64,000 nucleotides of DNA, from NCBI GenBank assembly GCA_951406725.2, contig OX597816.1, positions 29,636,001 to 29,700,000 of the forward strand, read 5' to 3'. Both the position numbers and the translations under genes were made by a program. This DNA comes from Octopus vulgaris (taxonomy: Eukaryota). Below are positions 1-12,839 of the stretch, in pieces. A model generated the notes under the pieces. That model was not told the origin of the DNA. It saw only the letters and a list, made by a program, of their open reading frames with translations, and did not search any database. The number at the start of each line of letters is the position of its first letter. Position 1 is the first letter of the stretch.

Positions 1-74
1 CTATAATTACACACCATTTCCCTTCAGAAATGTGCAGTAAATAAAAATTGATCTTAAGATAGTTGCTCATGTAA

Positions 75-548
75 GGCAGCGAGCTTGAAGAATCGTTAGC
101 ACGTCGGGCGAAATGCTTAGTGGTATTTCGTCTGTCGTTACGTTTTGAGTTCAAATTCTGCCGAGGTCGACTTTGCCTTTCATCCTTTTGGGGTCGATTA
201 AATAAGTACCAGTTATGCACAGGAGTCGTTATAATCGACTTAATCCGTTTGTCTGTCTTTGTTTGTCCTTTCTGTGTTTAGCCCCTTGTGGGTAGTAAAG
301 AAATAGGTATTACGCACTGTAATCGACTTAATTCGTTTGTCTGTCCTTGTTTGTCCCCTCTATGTTTAGCCCCTTGTGGGTAATAAAGAAATAGGTATTT
401 CGTCTGCCGCTACGTTCTGAGTTCAAAATCGTCCGAGGTCGACTTTGCTTTTCATTCATTCGGGATCGGTAAATTAAGTACCATTTGATCTCATCGACTG
501 GTTCCCTCCGCCACAATTTTGGGCGTTGTGCCTAGTGTAGAAAAGAAT
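75..548 (+). mobile_element. tRNA-derived SINE family B, composite of about 2 partial tandem copies
   Basis: Head ggcagcgagcttgaagaatcgttagc, B-box-like gagttcaaattc, body gaggtcgactttgcctttcatcc...aataagtacc. Segment 230-310 is repeated at 320-400. Same family at 7678-7872 (-). Confidence 0.8.
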
Positions 549-752
549 ATGCTTGTTCCCGTGTAACTATTATTTGTTCTTAATACATTTTTCATACACA
601 AAATCATTTAATATATTTGGATATACAGATTCACCATTACCATTTTTCTTCGCAAGAAGAGACATGCTCAAAGTGGATCTAACTTTCCCAATAAAGCATC
701 GTTTAATGCAAATCTTTGGTAACTACACACATGTCACGCGCACTCACACGCA

Positions 753-807
<55 letters not shown>

Positions 808-844
808 CGTGTGTGTGTATGTGTATCATAGTTCTATATATCCG

Positions 845-875
<31 letters not shown>

Positions 876-876
876 A

Positions 877-923
<47 letters not shown>

Positions 924-926
<3 letters not shown>

Positions 927-1114
927 CCATAATAGATCGGTAGCCACTACACACATTTTTTTCTCTCCTTGTTTTCTGTGTCCCTTTCTGTAGAAGAGCG
1001 TAGGCTCGAAACGTAAAATACTTTTCCTATTCCTGAGCGTTATACTAATACATCTGTTTGTTTTGTACACCACCTGTCTTCATCTTTTGTTGTGTTATTT
1101 TCGTAAACTCTCCC
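924..1114 (+). mobile_element. Small Penelope-pLTR-like element (family P1) with hammerhead-like motif, inserted in (TA)n
   Basis: Flanked by TA repeats. Motif ttt-CTGTAGA-A-GAGC-gtag-GCTC-GAAA-CG-TA-aaa at 985-1018. Five further copies in the window. Confidence 0.7.
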
Positions 1115-2189
1115 TATAGATATATATATATATATATATATATATATTGAGTGTAGGCACAACAGTGGAGACAGCTAAATTAGTAGACAAATAGCTATAG
1201 GAGAAAGAGAAAATACACGGAGTGCTTAATTCGTGCTTAGAATGCTATTGACAAATAAAAAAAGTTCGTTTATGACTTTCACATATTTTCCACAGAGCCA
1301 ATGTAACATGTTCGCCGTTACAGGCTTCAATACTTGTTATAATAATTGTAATATCAATGTAGATCTTGTTTGGTTGGAAATAACTGAGAACATATTCTCT
1401 TTTTATTGTTTCTATTTGTAATACTAGTGTGACTTATTTGCTATAGAATATAAAAAGATTTAGTGTATTTGTGCACGTTCTCTCATATTTTCTTCAATAA
1501 GTTTATTGTTGCGCGATAAATAGATGCAAACAACCTCTCACAGAAATCCAATAATTTATCTGCAAACAAAGTTACGTCGAAAGAACTATGATATCAAAAT
1601 AGATAATTTGCCATATGCTTCAAGACAAAATCTGAATCATTACGTACACTTGAAGAGATACTGCTATACACACTTATCCATATGATATTTTTTTATAGTC
1701 GTCTCACTTTTGCTCCTCTTTTCAGGCGGCGGAGTTAGCAAAGATCGTAGGATACTTTATCAATACGTCTTCGAATAGTGTATGTTACTTTCTTTCGTTC
1801 AACTTTGAGTTCAAATCACACTTCGCTTTTTATCTCCTCATTCATACGTGGGTTCAAATTTAAATATTAAAGCCTTCCTCAACCACCTCGTACATACTCT
1901 TCTTGAACATGTGTCAATGAGAAAATCAAATACATTTATATGAGATATAAACGGTTGTGTTCCAGAACTGGACTTATCTATGGGTGAGATATGATTGAGA
2001 TTAATAGGTTTTACATCGTTATTAACACTGTGTTACAAAATCTTAATGTTATTTTTTTTAGTCTTTTGTCAGTAAATGTTATTTCCTATTTGGTTCTATC
2101 TAGAAATCAAAATTTGGTTTTGTGACCTGGACATCATTATTTTCCATTACACTTCAGGCTTTCAGGCAAATTCAGTGATGACTTGCTGA

Positions 2190-2360
2190 AGCAGAAATAT
2201 CGTTACAGCAAATATTCTGCTCAATACTACATATTTGCTTGTCAGTTACTTGACCTTACCCACTTGAGCATGTCCTTTAGTGGCTGAAACTATGTGCATC
2301 TCTGCTCCTGGGCAGGAGTAGTAGAGGAGCATCATAGCCATATTTTGAGAGGGATTCTTA
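2190..2360. repeat. Dispersed repeat fragment, probably a LINE 3' UTR
   Basis: Segment gcatgtcctttagtggctg...tgtgcatctctg...gagcatcatagcc is GC-richer than its flanks and resembles a repeat I recall from octopus. Only one copy here. Confidence 0.3.
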
Positions 2361-3435
2361 GAGATTTGAATGAATGGAGCAAAAGCAAAAAAAAAGTTTT
2401 CCAAACTTATCAGGCGTAAGCAAATAGGAAATAATAGTTGATACCCAAGGACGAAAATGGTGTTACTCTGTGTAATGATTTTGGAGAAAAGAACAACACA
2501 ACTTTCTATACCAAACCTCCAAAATATATTGTAGTTTGTCCCTAGAAAAACTAAATCCATGTTCAGTACTGTGTAAAGATAAAGTGTGTTTCTGATTCCA
2601 CCTATCAATGTATATATTGCTTGCAGATTTTGCTCGGATGATATCTAAATATCAAAGTTTGTATGAAATATATTCTCCATCAATTATTCCTTTCATGCTA
2701 AAATACTTTTGTTTTAAATGATAACATTTTAACCTATCTCGATGCAGTGGTGCTGTTGCAGTCGTTGGTTGTTTCCCTTTGTAACAACTATTATTGAAGT
2801 GGCCAGTAGTAAAAACACACATTGCATCTGTTATATACAATGCCAATGTCTACCGAGAATTACGGTATACAACGTGTTCTTTTCTCTAAGAAGAGATTTA
2901 ACTTCTATCTTTAAAAAGTCTACAATCCTAATTGTTCGATATATTTAATTTTTAATGTAGCATCAATTCAGCCCTGACAAAAAGCATGCTCTCCCCAGCG
3001 AAGCCATCAGTTTTAAAATGTTTGGGGCTAATTTCTTGTATCCTTATCGAAGGCGGTAGATTATAATTTTGAGGAGACGTAGTTTCTATTTGAACAAATT
3101 CCAGCTTTCAACAAAGAGCTTACTTTTATATTGGCTCCTGATAGGTTAAACTTTTATTATTTAAAACTATAGCATTAAAACATGAAAGAAATGATTAATA
3201 GAGAATATATTTCATACAAACTTTGATATTTAGAAATTATTCGCGTCAAATCTGCAGGCAAAATAAAACATTTTGCAAGCAAAATATAAAATATAAAAGT
3301 TCATTGTTATATGTTGTATATTTTCAAATATTTGTCTCTAAAATAGTTGTTTCATAGAAATCGTTTCCATCTAATGGTATTTCGTTCTGTCAGTTATTCC
3401 GAAAGTTACTGTATGCGTATTTGTCTGTATATAAA

Positions 3436-3437
<2 letters not shown>

Positions 3438-3527
<90 letters not shown>

Positions 3528-3640
3528 AGGGCACTCACCCAAATACGCATACACACACATGCACACACGCATGCACGCACGCGCACGCACTCACACATAT
3601 ACACGCGTACACACGCACATACATATATACATACATATAT
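3438..3640. repeat. Compound (TA)n/(TG)n/(CA)n microsatellite
   Basis: Seen directly; it produces the spurious IYIY/CVCV/HTHT ORFs. Confidence 0.95.
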
Positions 3641-3650
3641 ACAAATATTG

Positions 3651-4021
3651 GTGGCTGTGTGGTAAGTAGCTTGCAACCCAACCACATGGGCAAGTGTCTT
3701 CTGCTATAGCCCCGGGCCCACCAATGCCTTGTGAGTGGATTTGGCAGACGGAAACTGAAAGAAGCCTGTCGTATATATGTATATATATATATATATGAAT
3801 GTGTGTGTGTGTTTATGTGTCTGTGTTTGTCCCCCTAGCATTGCTTAACAACCGATGCTGGTGTGTTTACGTCCCCGTCAACTAGCGGTTCGGCAAAAGA
3901 GACCGATAGAATAAGTACTGGGCTTACAAAGAATAAGTCCTGGGGTCGATTTGCTCGACTAAAGGCGGTGCTCCAGCATGGCCGCAGTCAAATGACTGAA
4001 ACAAGTAAAAGAGTAAAAGAG
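3651..4021 (+). mobile_element. SINE family A (tRNA head, internal TA/TG microsatellite, gtaaaaga tail)
   Basis: gtggctgtgtggtaagtagc...gtgagtggatttgg...ttagcggttcggcaaaagagaccgatagaataagtac...ggcggtgctccagcatggccgcagtc. Nearly identical to 9081-9497. Confidence 0.9.
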
Positions 4022-4033
4022 TATATATATATA

Positions 4034-4218
4034 GGGAGAGTTTACGAAAAAAAACAAAAGACGAAGACAGGTGGTGTACAAAACAAACAGATGTATTACT
4101 ATAACGCTCAGGGATAGAAAAAGTCTTTTACGTTTGAAGCCTACGCTCTTTTACAGAAAGGGACACAGAAAAAAAGGAGAGAAACAAGGAGATAAAAAAT
4201 GTGTAGTGGCTAACGATC
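4034..4218 (-). mobile_element. P1 family copy with a decayed HHR-like motif
   Basis: Reverse complement of 924-1114, preceded by a TA run. Confidence 0.75.
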
Positions 4219-4708
4219 ATATGTAACTTTTTTAAATTCCATCTAATTCTTTTTTTCTTTTCAATGATTAACTTTTAATAAGAAGTTTATTTGATTAATG
4301 TATTTCATAGTATTGGATGTGTTTTCTAGATATTAAGCTACGTTTTGCTCTTTACTTGTACGTAGTTCAAAATGTACTTTTCTACTCATCCTTAATAGGC
4401 TTGTTTTGGGTGGGATGTGTATTAAAATTGGCAATTAACGACGGAAACAGTGTTTGTAACGTATAATGATAACCACATCCACCAGTGTTGATAAAATTTT
4501 ATCTGCCGATATAATGTGTGCTGTTTAGCACCTTTAGTCTCAGCAAGTTGAATTCTAACGAGGATTACAGAGCTTAAAGCGTTTAAAATAACACATCCGT
4601 ATTAAATTGGTTGTGTAAACTGATACTTGATATAAATCAACGCTAGCTTAATATGTTTGTGTGTTTGTGTGTGTGTGTTTGTATGTGTGTGTATTTGTGC
4701 ATGTGTGC

Positions 4709-5144
4709 GTTACGAAGAAGTAGACGACAAAATCTGTTGAGATTTATAATAAAATGTTTATTGTTCCAGTAAATAAGAGGCAAATACTATTGTTACTAGA
4801 AAACGTCGAGAGTCTGAATGTTATTGTTTTGTTGTAATTGTAATTGCTGCTAGTCGTCGTTTTGTTATCACCGATTGTTCATTGTGGTTGCTGTCAGCTC
4901 GGGTCAGCTGGTGTCACTCATCTTCTTTCGACGTCTCTTATGGTGTCTGTTGGCAATGCTCTCGGTCGAGTAACAAAGATATGCTAGGCATCTACTGAAG
5001 GATAGGTTCAAAGAAAAAGGTGCGAAAGGATGGAATCATTGCTGGAGCTGGCTCTAGGTGATGTCGTGATTAGTGGGTGAATATTGTAGTGATTCGCGTA
5101 ATCGGGCGTACTGATATATGTGGTGTATATACTTACTGCCTACA
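4709..5144 (-). mobile_element. Possible solo LTR
   Basis: On the minus strand it starts TGTAGG..., has AATAAA about 50 nt from the end and ends ...ttcttcgtaacg (close to the typical ...GTAACA end). It lies between microsatellites. No partner LTR. Confidence 0.3.
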
Positions 5145-5223
<79 letters not shown>

Positions 5224-5252
5224 GTATATACATATATATATATATATACATA

Positions 5253-5447
5253 GGGAAAGTTTATGAAAAAAAAAGACGAAGACAGGTGGTGTACAAAACA
5301 AACAGATGTATTAGTATAACGCTCAGGAATAGTAAAAAATATTTTACGTTTCGAGCCTTCGCTCTTCTACAGAAAGGGACACAGAAAAAACAAGGAGAGC
5401 AACAAGGAGAGAAAAAAAAGTGTGTAGTGGCTAACGATCTATCATGT

Positions 5448-5449
<2 letters not shown>
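5253..5449 (-). mobile_element. P1 family copy with HHR-like motif, inserted in (TA)n
   Basis: Reverse complement of 924-1114. Minus-strand motif ctgtagaagagcgaaggctcgaaacgtaaaa. Confidence 0.8.
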
Positions 5450-5482
<33 letters not shown>

Positions 5483-5509
5483 TATACATGCATACATATA
5501 TAAATGCCT

Positions 5510-6285
5510 TTTTTATGAAAAGTAGCATTAAATAAATACAATTATATGAACTGAAATAGAATTAAGAGGAATTAAATTCATTATTTTGAATAGTTAAAGA
5601 GATTCAAAGACAAACCGGTGTTGTCATTGCTTCTCACTGGCTTTCAATGCTTGCCAATTACCAGATGGTGTCGGGTCTACTAGTCCCTGAGTAAAACGAT
5701 TCGGTAAAAGAGGTAAGTAGTTCTGGAAGTGGTGCAATTAGGGTCGATATAATACTGTAATATGAATGGTATAAGGAATATATGGGTGTTAGTGGCATTA
5801 TTGTTCTGTATTTTTTTCTGTTAATGTTAAGTTGTGGATGATATTTATTGATGAAAGTTGCTTCTTTATTCATTCTTTGCTGTACTGAGGTGTTCTATCA
5901 ATGTTCACAGAACACCTCAGTACAGCAAAGAATGAATAGAGAGGAGCAACTTTCATAAATAAATATCAACCTCAACATGAACACAACATACTACAGAACA
6001 CTACTAACCTTACCAATAATGCCACTAACATCCATACATTCCTTATACCATTCATATTACAGTTTATAACAACTACTTACCTCCCTTACACAATCTTTTT
6101 ACTCAGGGACTAGTAGACGCGACAGTGTTTGATAATTGGTACGCATTCAAAGTCAGCAAACAGCAATGACGACACCGATTTGACTTTGAATCTCTTTAAC
6201 GATTCAAAATAATGAATTTAATTCCTCGTAATTATTCCCCAGTTCATCAAATTGTATTTATTTATCGATACTTTTCATTAAAAAA
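5510..6285. mobile_element. Fold-back (inverted) Penelope-like 3' end
   Basis: Arms about 5510-5896 and 5909-6285 are diverged reverse complements around a 12-nt loop. The left arm encodes RMNKEATFINKYHPQLN on the minus strand, resembling the GIY-YIG C-terminus at about 52590-52640. Confidence 0.8.
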
Positions 6286-6394
6286 ATCATTATTTTTTGG
6301 GATATTCTATGAGCATTTTCGTTTTTTTTTTCTTACTTTCCCCATATATTTTCCACCTGTTTTCTCTTTGAAACATATTTCTACACACACACAA

Positions 6395-6436
<42 letters not shown>

Positions 6437-6619
6437 TATCCATCAATGTGGTGTTGAGAACTGGCTTTCATCGTTTGACATATATATATATGTGTGTGTG
6501 TGTGTGTGTTTGTGTGTGTGTGTATGTGTGTGTGTGTATATATATATATATGTATGTGTGTATGTATGCGTGTATGTATATGTCATTGAAGTGATGGAGG
6601 GCATTAAATAGCGCCAGTA

Positions 6620-7105
6620 TTGTCAAAACAAATCAATGACCACAGAAAGCTCTATCGTAATGACTGACAAGGGTGGGGAGCAAGCTCCCTAAAGCAGCAG
6701 ATATAGCCAGATCATCGAGGATTTCACATTTTGATGCTGATGCCTCTTAATGGTCATCGGTAGCTTTCAGTGAGCCAAGGGTTAAACTCAGCTCGCCTTG
6801 TTATTTTATAAGATTCCTTTGAAATCATATACTGATTTCATAACCGGTAGAAGTCAAAGTTATAAATGATATGGGTGGCTAATTTACACTTTTACACCCT
6901 CAAAGCAGAAATATATTCGTCACATAAGTGACAAAGAGCTTTAACCCTAAGAGTGATACGAGCCACCGATGAGCATTAAGATACGTAAACATCAAAATGC
7001 GATATCATCAATGATCAGTCTATATCTGCTGTTGTAGGGAGGTTGCCTCCCTTGTCAGTCATTAAGATTGTGCTTTCTGAGGTTATTGACTCTTGTTTTG
7101 ACTCT
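6620..7105. mobile_element. Diverged inverted-repeat element with a vestigial HHR-like motif
   Basis: 6620-6790 is the reverse complement of about 6935-7105 (e.g. gcagcagatatag / ctatatctgctg and aatgactgacaaggg / cccttgtcagtcatt). Confidence 0.6.
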
Positions 7106-7514
7106 TATTTCTAGCAATGCTTGTTTTGATTAATACCTTTTGTCATTTTAGTAACGATTATATATCTGCCTTTAAGTTGTATAATTGCAAGTAAGCCACC
7201 CATATTATTCATAATTTTCACCTTTACCGTTTACGAAATCAGCGTATGATTCCAACTGCAAGTAGAGTGCTTGGGTCACTGGAATAGAGAGCTAATTATG
7301 TTAGGTATATTGATAAAAAATAGATGAACACTATACAGCTGATACATGGGAATAGAGAATGTGACGCCGTACGGTGTCAGTGAAAAGGTTGATGTAGGAA
7401 CGCGTTAATACCTTTTATACATGCTTATTTGCTCTTTAGTTGAGTTAACCAAGTCCTCTCCCTAAGCCACACGCATACACACACATACATTCACAAACGT
7501 ACGTATGTTCCTTT

Positions 7515-7568
<54 letters not shown>

Positions 7569-7677
7569 TGTGTGTATGCGTATGTGAGAGGGATTTTGTT
7601 CTATTCCCTGTGTGAATGTGTGTGAGTTTGAGTGTATCAGTGCATGTGTGTATATATATATATAAATATATATATAT

Positions 7678-7872
7678 ATTTCTTTACTGCCCACAAGGGG
7701 CTAAACATAGAGGGGACAGACAAAGGGATTAAGTTGATTACATCAACCCCAGTGCTTAACTGGTACTTAATTTATCGACCCCGAAAGGATGAAAGGCAAA
7801 GTCGACCTCGGCGGAATTTGAACTCAGAACGTAACGACAGACGAAATACCGCTAAGCATTTCGCCCAGCGCC
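7678..7872 (-). mobile_element. SINE family B, 5'-truncated
   Basis: Reverse complement of the 100-310 body; lies between TA and TG tracts. Confidence 0.85.
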
Positions 7873-7875
7873 GTG

Positions 7876-7998
<123 letters not shown>

Positions 7999-9080
7999 AT
8001 GTCCGTGACCGTATAGATATCTACGATTGTACTATATCTGTGTTTCTTAGTCTTCAATCACATTGCTCACGCTTCCTTAACCAACACCCCCTGGTCCGCC
8101 TCCGCAAAACAACCTCCTTCACTTATCAAGTTCTTTCCCACATTCGACCACTAGCAATCAGTACCAAAATCCTGCTCACACTCTCATTGTCGACTTTTCC
8201 ACTAAGATTATACTCGTCATTTGTCAATGACTATTCATATATCACTATCACCAATAGAATTTATTAAGGTATCCTCCACCTTTACCGTTTTGTCACTGTG
8301 CACACTTCATCTTCTCCACCACCAAAGTCTGTCCTACCATTTGTGAACTTACAAATCTCTCCGCCTGCCTAGTTTTCCATTTAATCAACCGAATCACACA
8401 CTCTTCTCCAACCCCTGTCACAGCTGTTGGGCCAAACAATATATGTTTTCTTTAATTCACGGTTATAAATTCAAAATATTGCCTCTCAGATATTTAGCTC
8501 TGATTTTATTCATTCTAAGCGACCTGTCAAGATCACAAGTTCATTCCCGTATGTGTATGCGTGCGTATATGTGTGTGTCTGTCTGTGTGTGTGGCTTCAC
8601 ACAAACATAACATATACACACAAATATACATAGAGAGAGATAGAGGAGGAATTGAGAGAGAGTGGAACAGACAGAGAAAGAAAAAGTGAGAGTACCTGAG
8701 AGAAAAAGACGTATGCTATTCTGTGAGATATATATATTGTTTTTATCTTCATGTGGTATATATTAAAAAAGTTTAACATTTAAGGAATTATTAGACAAAA
8801 GAATTTCTGGTTACGATCAGTACGAAAAGTCAGATGTTACATTCGATAAATATACACTGTAAACTTATATACATATGCGTTGGTGTAGTTGTGTGTCAAC
8901 AGCATGGTCTCGGGTTCAGCCTCACTGCATGTCTCATACTATAGCCTCTGGCCGATCAAGGTTTTATGGGTGGATTTGGCAGACAAAACTGAAACTAGTC
9001 ATGTGTGCGTGCGCCGCGCGTGTTTTTGTGCACATGTCTGTTTGTGTGTGCGTTTCTTCTTTATTTTGTTTTCATATCTA

Positions 9081-9497
9081 GGCGCAGGAGTGGCTGTGTG
9101 GTAAGTAGCTTGCTAACCAACCACATGGTTCCGGGTTCAGTCCCAATGCGTGGCATCTTGGGCAAGTGTCTTCTGCTATAGCCCTGGGCCGACCAATGCC
9201 TTGTGAGTGGATTTGGTAGACGGAAACTGAAAGAAGCCTGTCGTATATATGTATATATATGTATATATATATGTGTATGTGTGTGCGTTTGTGTGTGTTT
9301 GTCCCCCTAAGAATTGCTTGACAACCGATGCTGGTGTGTTTATGTCCCCGTTACTTAGCGGTTCGGCAAAAGAGACCGATAGAATAAGTACTGGGCTTAC
9401 AAAAGAATAAGTCCCGGGGTCGAGTTGCTCGATTAAAGGCGGTGCTCCAGCATGGCCGCAGTCAAATGACTGAAACAAGTAAAAGAGTAAAAGAGAG
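9081..9497 (+). mobile_element. SINE family A, full length
   Basis: ggcgcaggagtggctgtgtggtaag (A box), ggttcagtccc (B box), internal microsatellite, tail gtaaaagagtaaaagag. Confidence 0.92.
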
Positions 9498-9697
9498 TAT
9501 GTATGTGTGACTTAGTGTGTGTCTTGAAAACCGTGTTGGTTTGTTTACGCCTCTGCAATTTACTGAAACCACAAAAGATTCCTATAGAATAAGTACAGGG
9601 CTTGCAATTAGTGAATTGGGGACAATTTGTTCGACTAAACACTTCAATGTTACACCCCAGCACGACCGCTGTAAAAAGAACAAGAGTAGAACATATA

Positions 9698-10028
9698 CCG
9701 CAGGCGTGGCTGTGTGTTAAGAAACTTGCCTCCCAACCACATGGTTCCGGTTTCAGACCCACTGCGTGACAACTTGGACAAGTGTCTTCTACTATAGCCT
9801 AGGGCTGACCAGAGCATTGTGAGTGGATTTGGTAGGCGGAAACTGAAAATAGCTTGTCGTGTATATATATAGGGATAGTTTACGAAAAAAACAAAAGAGG
9901 TGTATCAGTATAAAGCTCAGGAATAGAAAAAGTCTTATACATTTCGAGTCTACACTCTTCTACAGAAAGGTACACAGAAGAAACGAGGAGAGAAAAAAAG
10001 GAGAGAAAAAAGGAGAGAAAAAAGGAGA

Positions 10029-10066
<38 letters not shown>

Positions 10067-10297
10067 ATATGTGTGAGTGTGTGTGTATGTTTGTGTATGT
10101 GTGCGTCTGTGTATATATTTATGTGCGTATATGTGTTTGTCCCCCACCCCCGCCATTGCTTGATGCTAGTGTGTTTACGTCCCTGCAACAAAGCGGTTCG
10201 GCAAAAGGAACCGATAGAATAATTATTACGCTTGCAATCAATAAGTTCTGCATGGCCGCAGTAAAAAATAATTGAAGCAAATAAAAGAATAAAAGAA
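9698..10297 (+). mobile_element. SINE family A interrupted by a P1 element in its internal (TA)n
   Basis: 5' half at 9698-9860 and 3' half at about 10135-10297, with the P1 copy between them. Confidence 0.8.
9872..10031 (-). mobile_element. P1 family copy (partial)
   Basis: Minus-strand ctgtagaagagtgtagactcgaaatgtataagac; stem II is GAGT/ACTC here. Confidence 0.7.
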
Positions 10298-10445
10298 TGT
10301 GTGTATGCGCGCGCGCGCGTCTTTGGAAAGGTAAATACGAGGTTACATACATACACATATAGAAATGCAGATACATTTAGACATACGCACATAGAGACAT
10401 ATACAAATACGTGCATACATAAACACATACATATACGAAAATACG

Positions 10446-10476
<31 letters not shown>

Positions 10477-10896
10477 ACAGTTGTCTATGCCTGTGGGTGT
10501 CTGATTAGTTTGGTGTATCTGCCATTGTCTGTGCCTAGGTCTGTAAGATATATTTAACGATCAAGGTGAGAGAAAAGTCACACAGAAGCCATTGAACTAA
10601 ACTTCGACTAAATCGGGAACTGTCAAGAAATTGAGAAATGTTACAAATTCAATAAAATTTATTGTTTTAGACAATAGAAATAGGTCCACTTTGGTCTTAG
10701 GTTAAGCAATAAGACGAGAGATACGAGAAGGTTAAACAAGTCTGATAACATATAAATGTATATGATCATCATTTTAACGCTTATAGTAGAAACTACCAAG
10801 AAATTGTGAATAGGATTGGATTTTACCAGATAAATATACTCCACTGATTCTGAAGTGTATACTTTCTCTTGTTTGTGATACCTGGGTCATATGTAC

Positions 10897-10951
<55 letters not shown>

Positions 10952-11129
10952 GTGTGTGTGTGTATGTGCGTGTGCATGTGTGTGTGTGCGTTTGTGTATG
11001 TGCGTGTGTGTGTATATATATATATATAGATAGATAGATAGATAGTTAGATAGATAGATATAGATATATATAAAGGTATATAGATATAAATGTATATATA
11101 TATGTGTGTGTGTGTGTATGTGTGTGTGT

Positions 11130-11194
<65 letters not shown>

Positions 11195-11214
11195 AGTTTG
11201 TGTGCGTGCGTGTA

Positions 11215-11370
11215 TAACTTTCTGAACTTTCCGAACTTTTATTCCTTTTATCAAAGAGCGTAGCATCAGAGAGTAAAAGACTTTTGCATTTTTAATGAAG
11301 GTAAAACTATTATACTTGCTTGCTGTTCTTACTACTGTTTGTCTTTGCTTTTCTATACATATTTTCATAA
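11215..11370 (+). mobile_element. Heavily decayed P1-like copy
   Basis: aagagcgtagcatcagagagtaaaagacttt aligns with the P1 motif region. Confidence 0.4.
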
Positions 11371-11830
11371 GTATAATATGTATGTATGTATGTATGTATT
11401 TATGTATGTATGTATGAATGTATGTATGTATCTATCTATCTATCTAACTATTCGTGAGTGAAACAGCGCTTATATGCATTATCTAAAGTACTAGATTGAT
11501 ATCTACACCTATGAAACTTGAAGTCTTTTAGGGTTGCGTTAACCTGTTCATAAATACATTTAACTTGCGCACTAAAAGCTTTCTGCTTTTATCTATTCAT
11601 TGTACACATATTTATATACATACATATATGTGTATATGTATATACCAATGTGTGTGTTCACACACACTAGCACACACACACGTACATATACACATATCTA
11701 TATATATATATATATGTATATATAGAACCCGCTGCGTGGCATCTTGGGCAAGTTTCTACTATAGCCTCGGGTCGACCAAATCATTGTGAGTGGATTTGGT
11801 AGACGGAAACTGACAGAATCCCGTTGTATA

Positions 11831-11917
<87 letters not shown>

Positions 11918-12091
11918 ATAAATATTAGGCAATAAATCCAAATTTACAGGGAAAAATCAGATTTAGGATTGAATCCAATTTTATAGTAAAATATTATATA
12001 ATATTATTAGAGACAAAACCACTATTTTGCAAATCAAACAAGGAAAGACTTAATCAATACATAAAATTTTTTAATATAAATAAATAAATCG

Positions 12092-12135
12092 CCACTACAA
12101 TTGTTTCCTGTCTTCAAATGACATTCATCAGGTGG
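12092..12135 (-). ncRNA. Type I hammerhead ribozyme motif (mirror copy)
   Basis: Exact reverse complement of 12184-12227. Confidence 0.7.
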
Positions 12136-12183
12136 ATTTCATATCTTCTATTCAACATTAAAATTGAATAGAAGATATGAAAT

Positions 12184-12227
12184 CCACCTGATGAATGTCA
12201 TTTGAAGACAGGAAACAATTGTAGTGG
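12184..12227 (+). ncRNA. Type I hammerhead ribozyme motif
   Basis: CCAC-CTGATGA-aTGTC-atttgaa-GACAg-GAAA-C-aatt-GTA-GTGG: stem I CCAC/GTGG, palindromic stem III, GUA triplet ending at 12223. The base of stem II is an A.G mismatch. Confidence 0.7.
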
Positions 12228-12554
12228 CGATTTATTTACTTTATATTAAAATTTGTTATGTATTGATTAAGTCTTTCCTTGTTTGATTTGCAAAATAGTG
12301 GTTTTGTCTCTAATAATATTATATATATATATATATATATGTTTGTGCGTCGGTGTTTGTACCCTCACCCTGGCTTGACAACCGATGTTGGTGTTTACGT
12401 CCCCGTAGCTTAGCGGTTCGACAAAAGAGACCGTTAGAATAAGTCCTGGTGTCGATTTATTCGACTAAAGGCGGTGCTCCAGCAAGGCCACAGTCACATG
12501 GCTGAAACAAATAAAAGAATAAACATACATACATACATATATATACATATACAC

Positions 12555-12605
<51 letters not shown>

Positions 12606-12648
12606 TATATATGTATACGTATGCAAATATATACATATTTATGTATAT

Positions 12649-12839
12649 CCGAGGTGTTGCTGAAAAGTTCATGGCTTTAAAAGTATCGTGAGGTCCAACC
12701 TTCCGAGTTCTTTTGTCGGGCTTAGAAAGTGTGATTGACTGCTACAATAAGTGTGTGAATCTGAGGGGGGAATATGTTGAATTAACAGATGATATATTTT
12801 TTCTTACCGAGAGCCTGGAAATGTTCAGCGCCCCTTCGC
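12649..12839 (+). mobile_element. Internally deleted mariner element
   Basis: Degenerate TIRs cgaggtgttgctgaaaagttcatggctt / agcctggaaatgttcagcgccccttcg. The interior resembles the mariner transposase C-terminus (KCV.L.GEYVE-stop). Confidence 0.6.

Larger units (their letters stand above)
11912..12325. mobile_element. Fold-back element with a hammerhead in each arm
   Basis: Arms about 11995-12155 and 12164-12325 are near-perfect reverse complements around an 8-nt loop; TA runs on both sides. Confidence 0.9.
11728..12520 (+). mobile_element. SINE family A interrupted by an HHR palindrome
   Basis: 5' part at 11728-11826, 3' part at about 12350-12520; the insertion sits in the internal TA tract. 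Confidence 0.8.
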
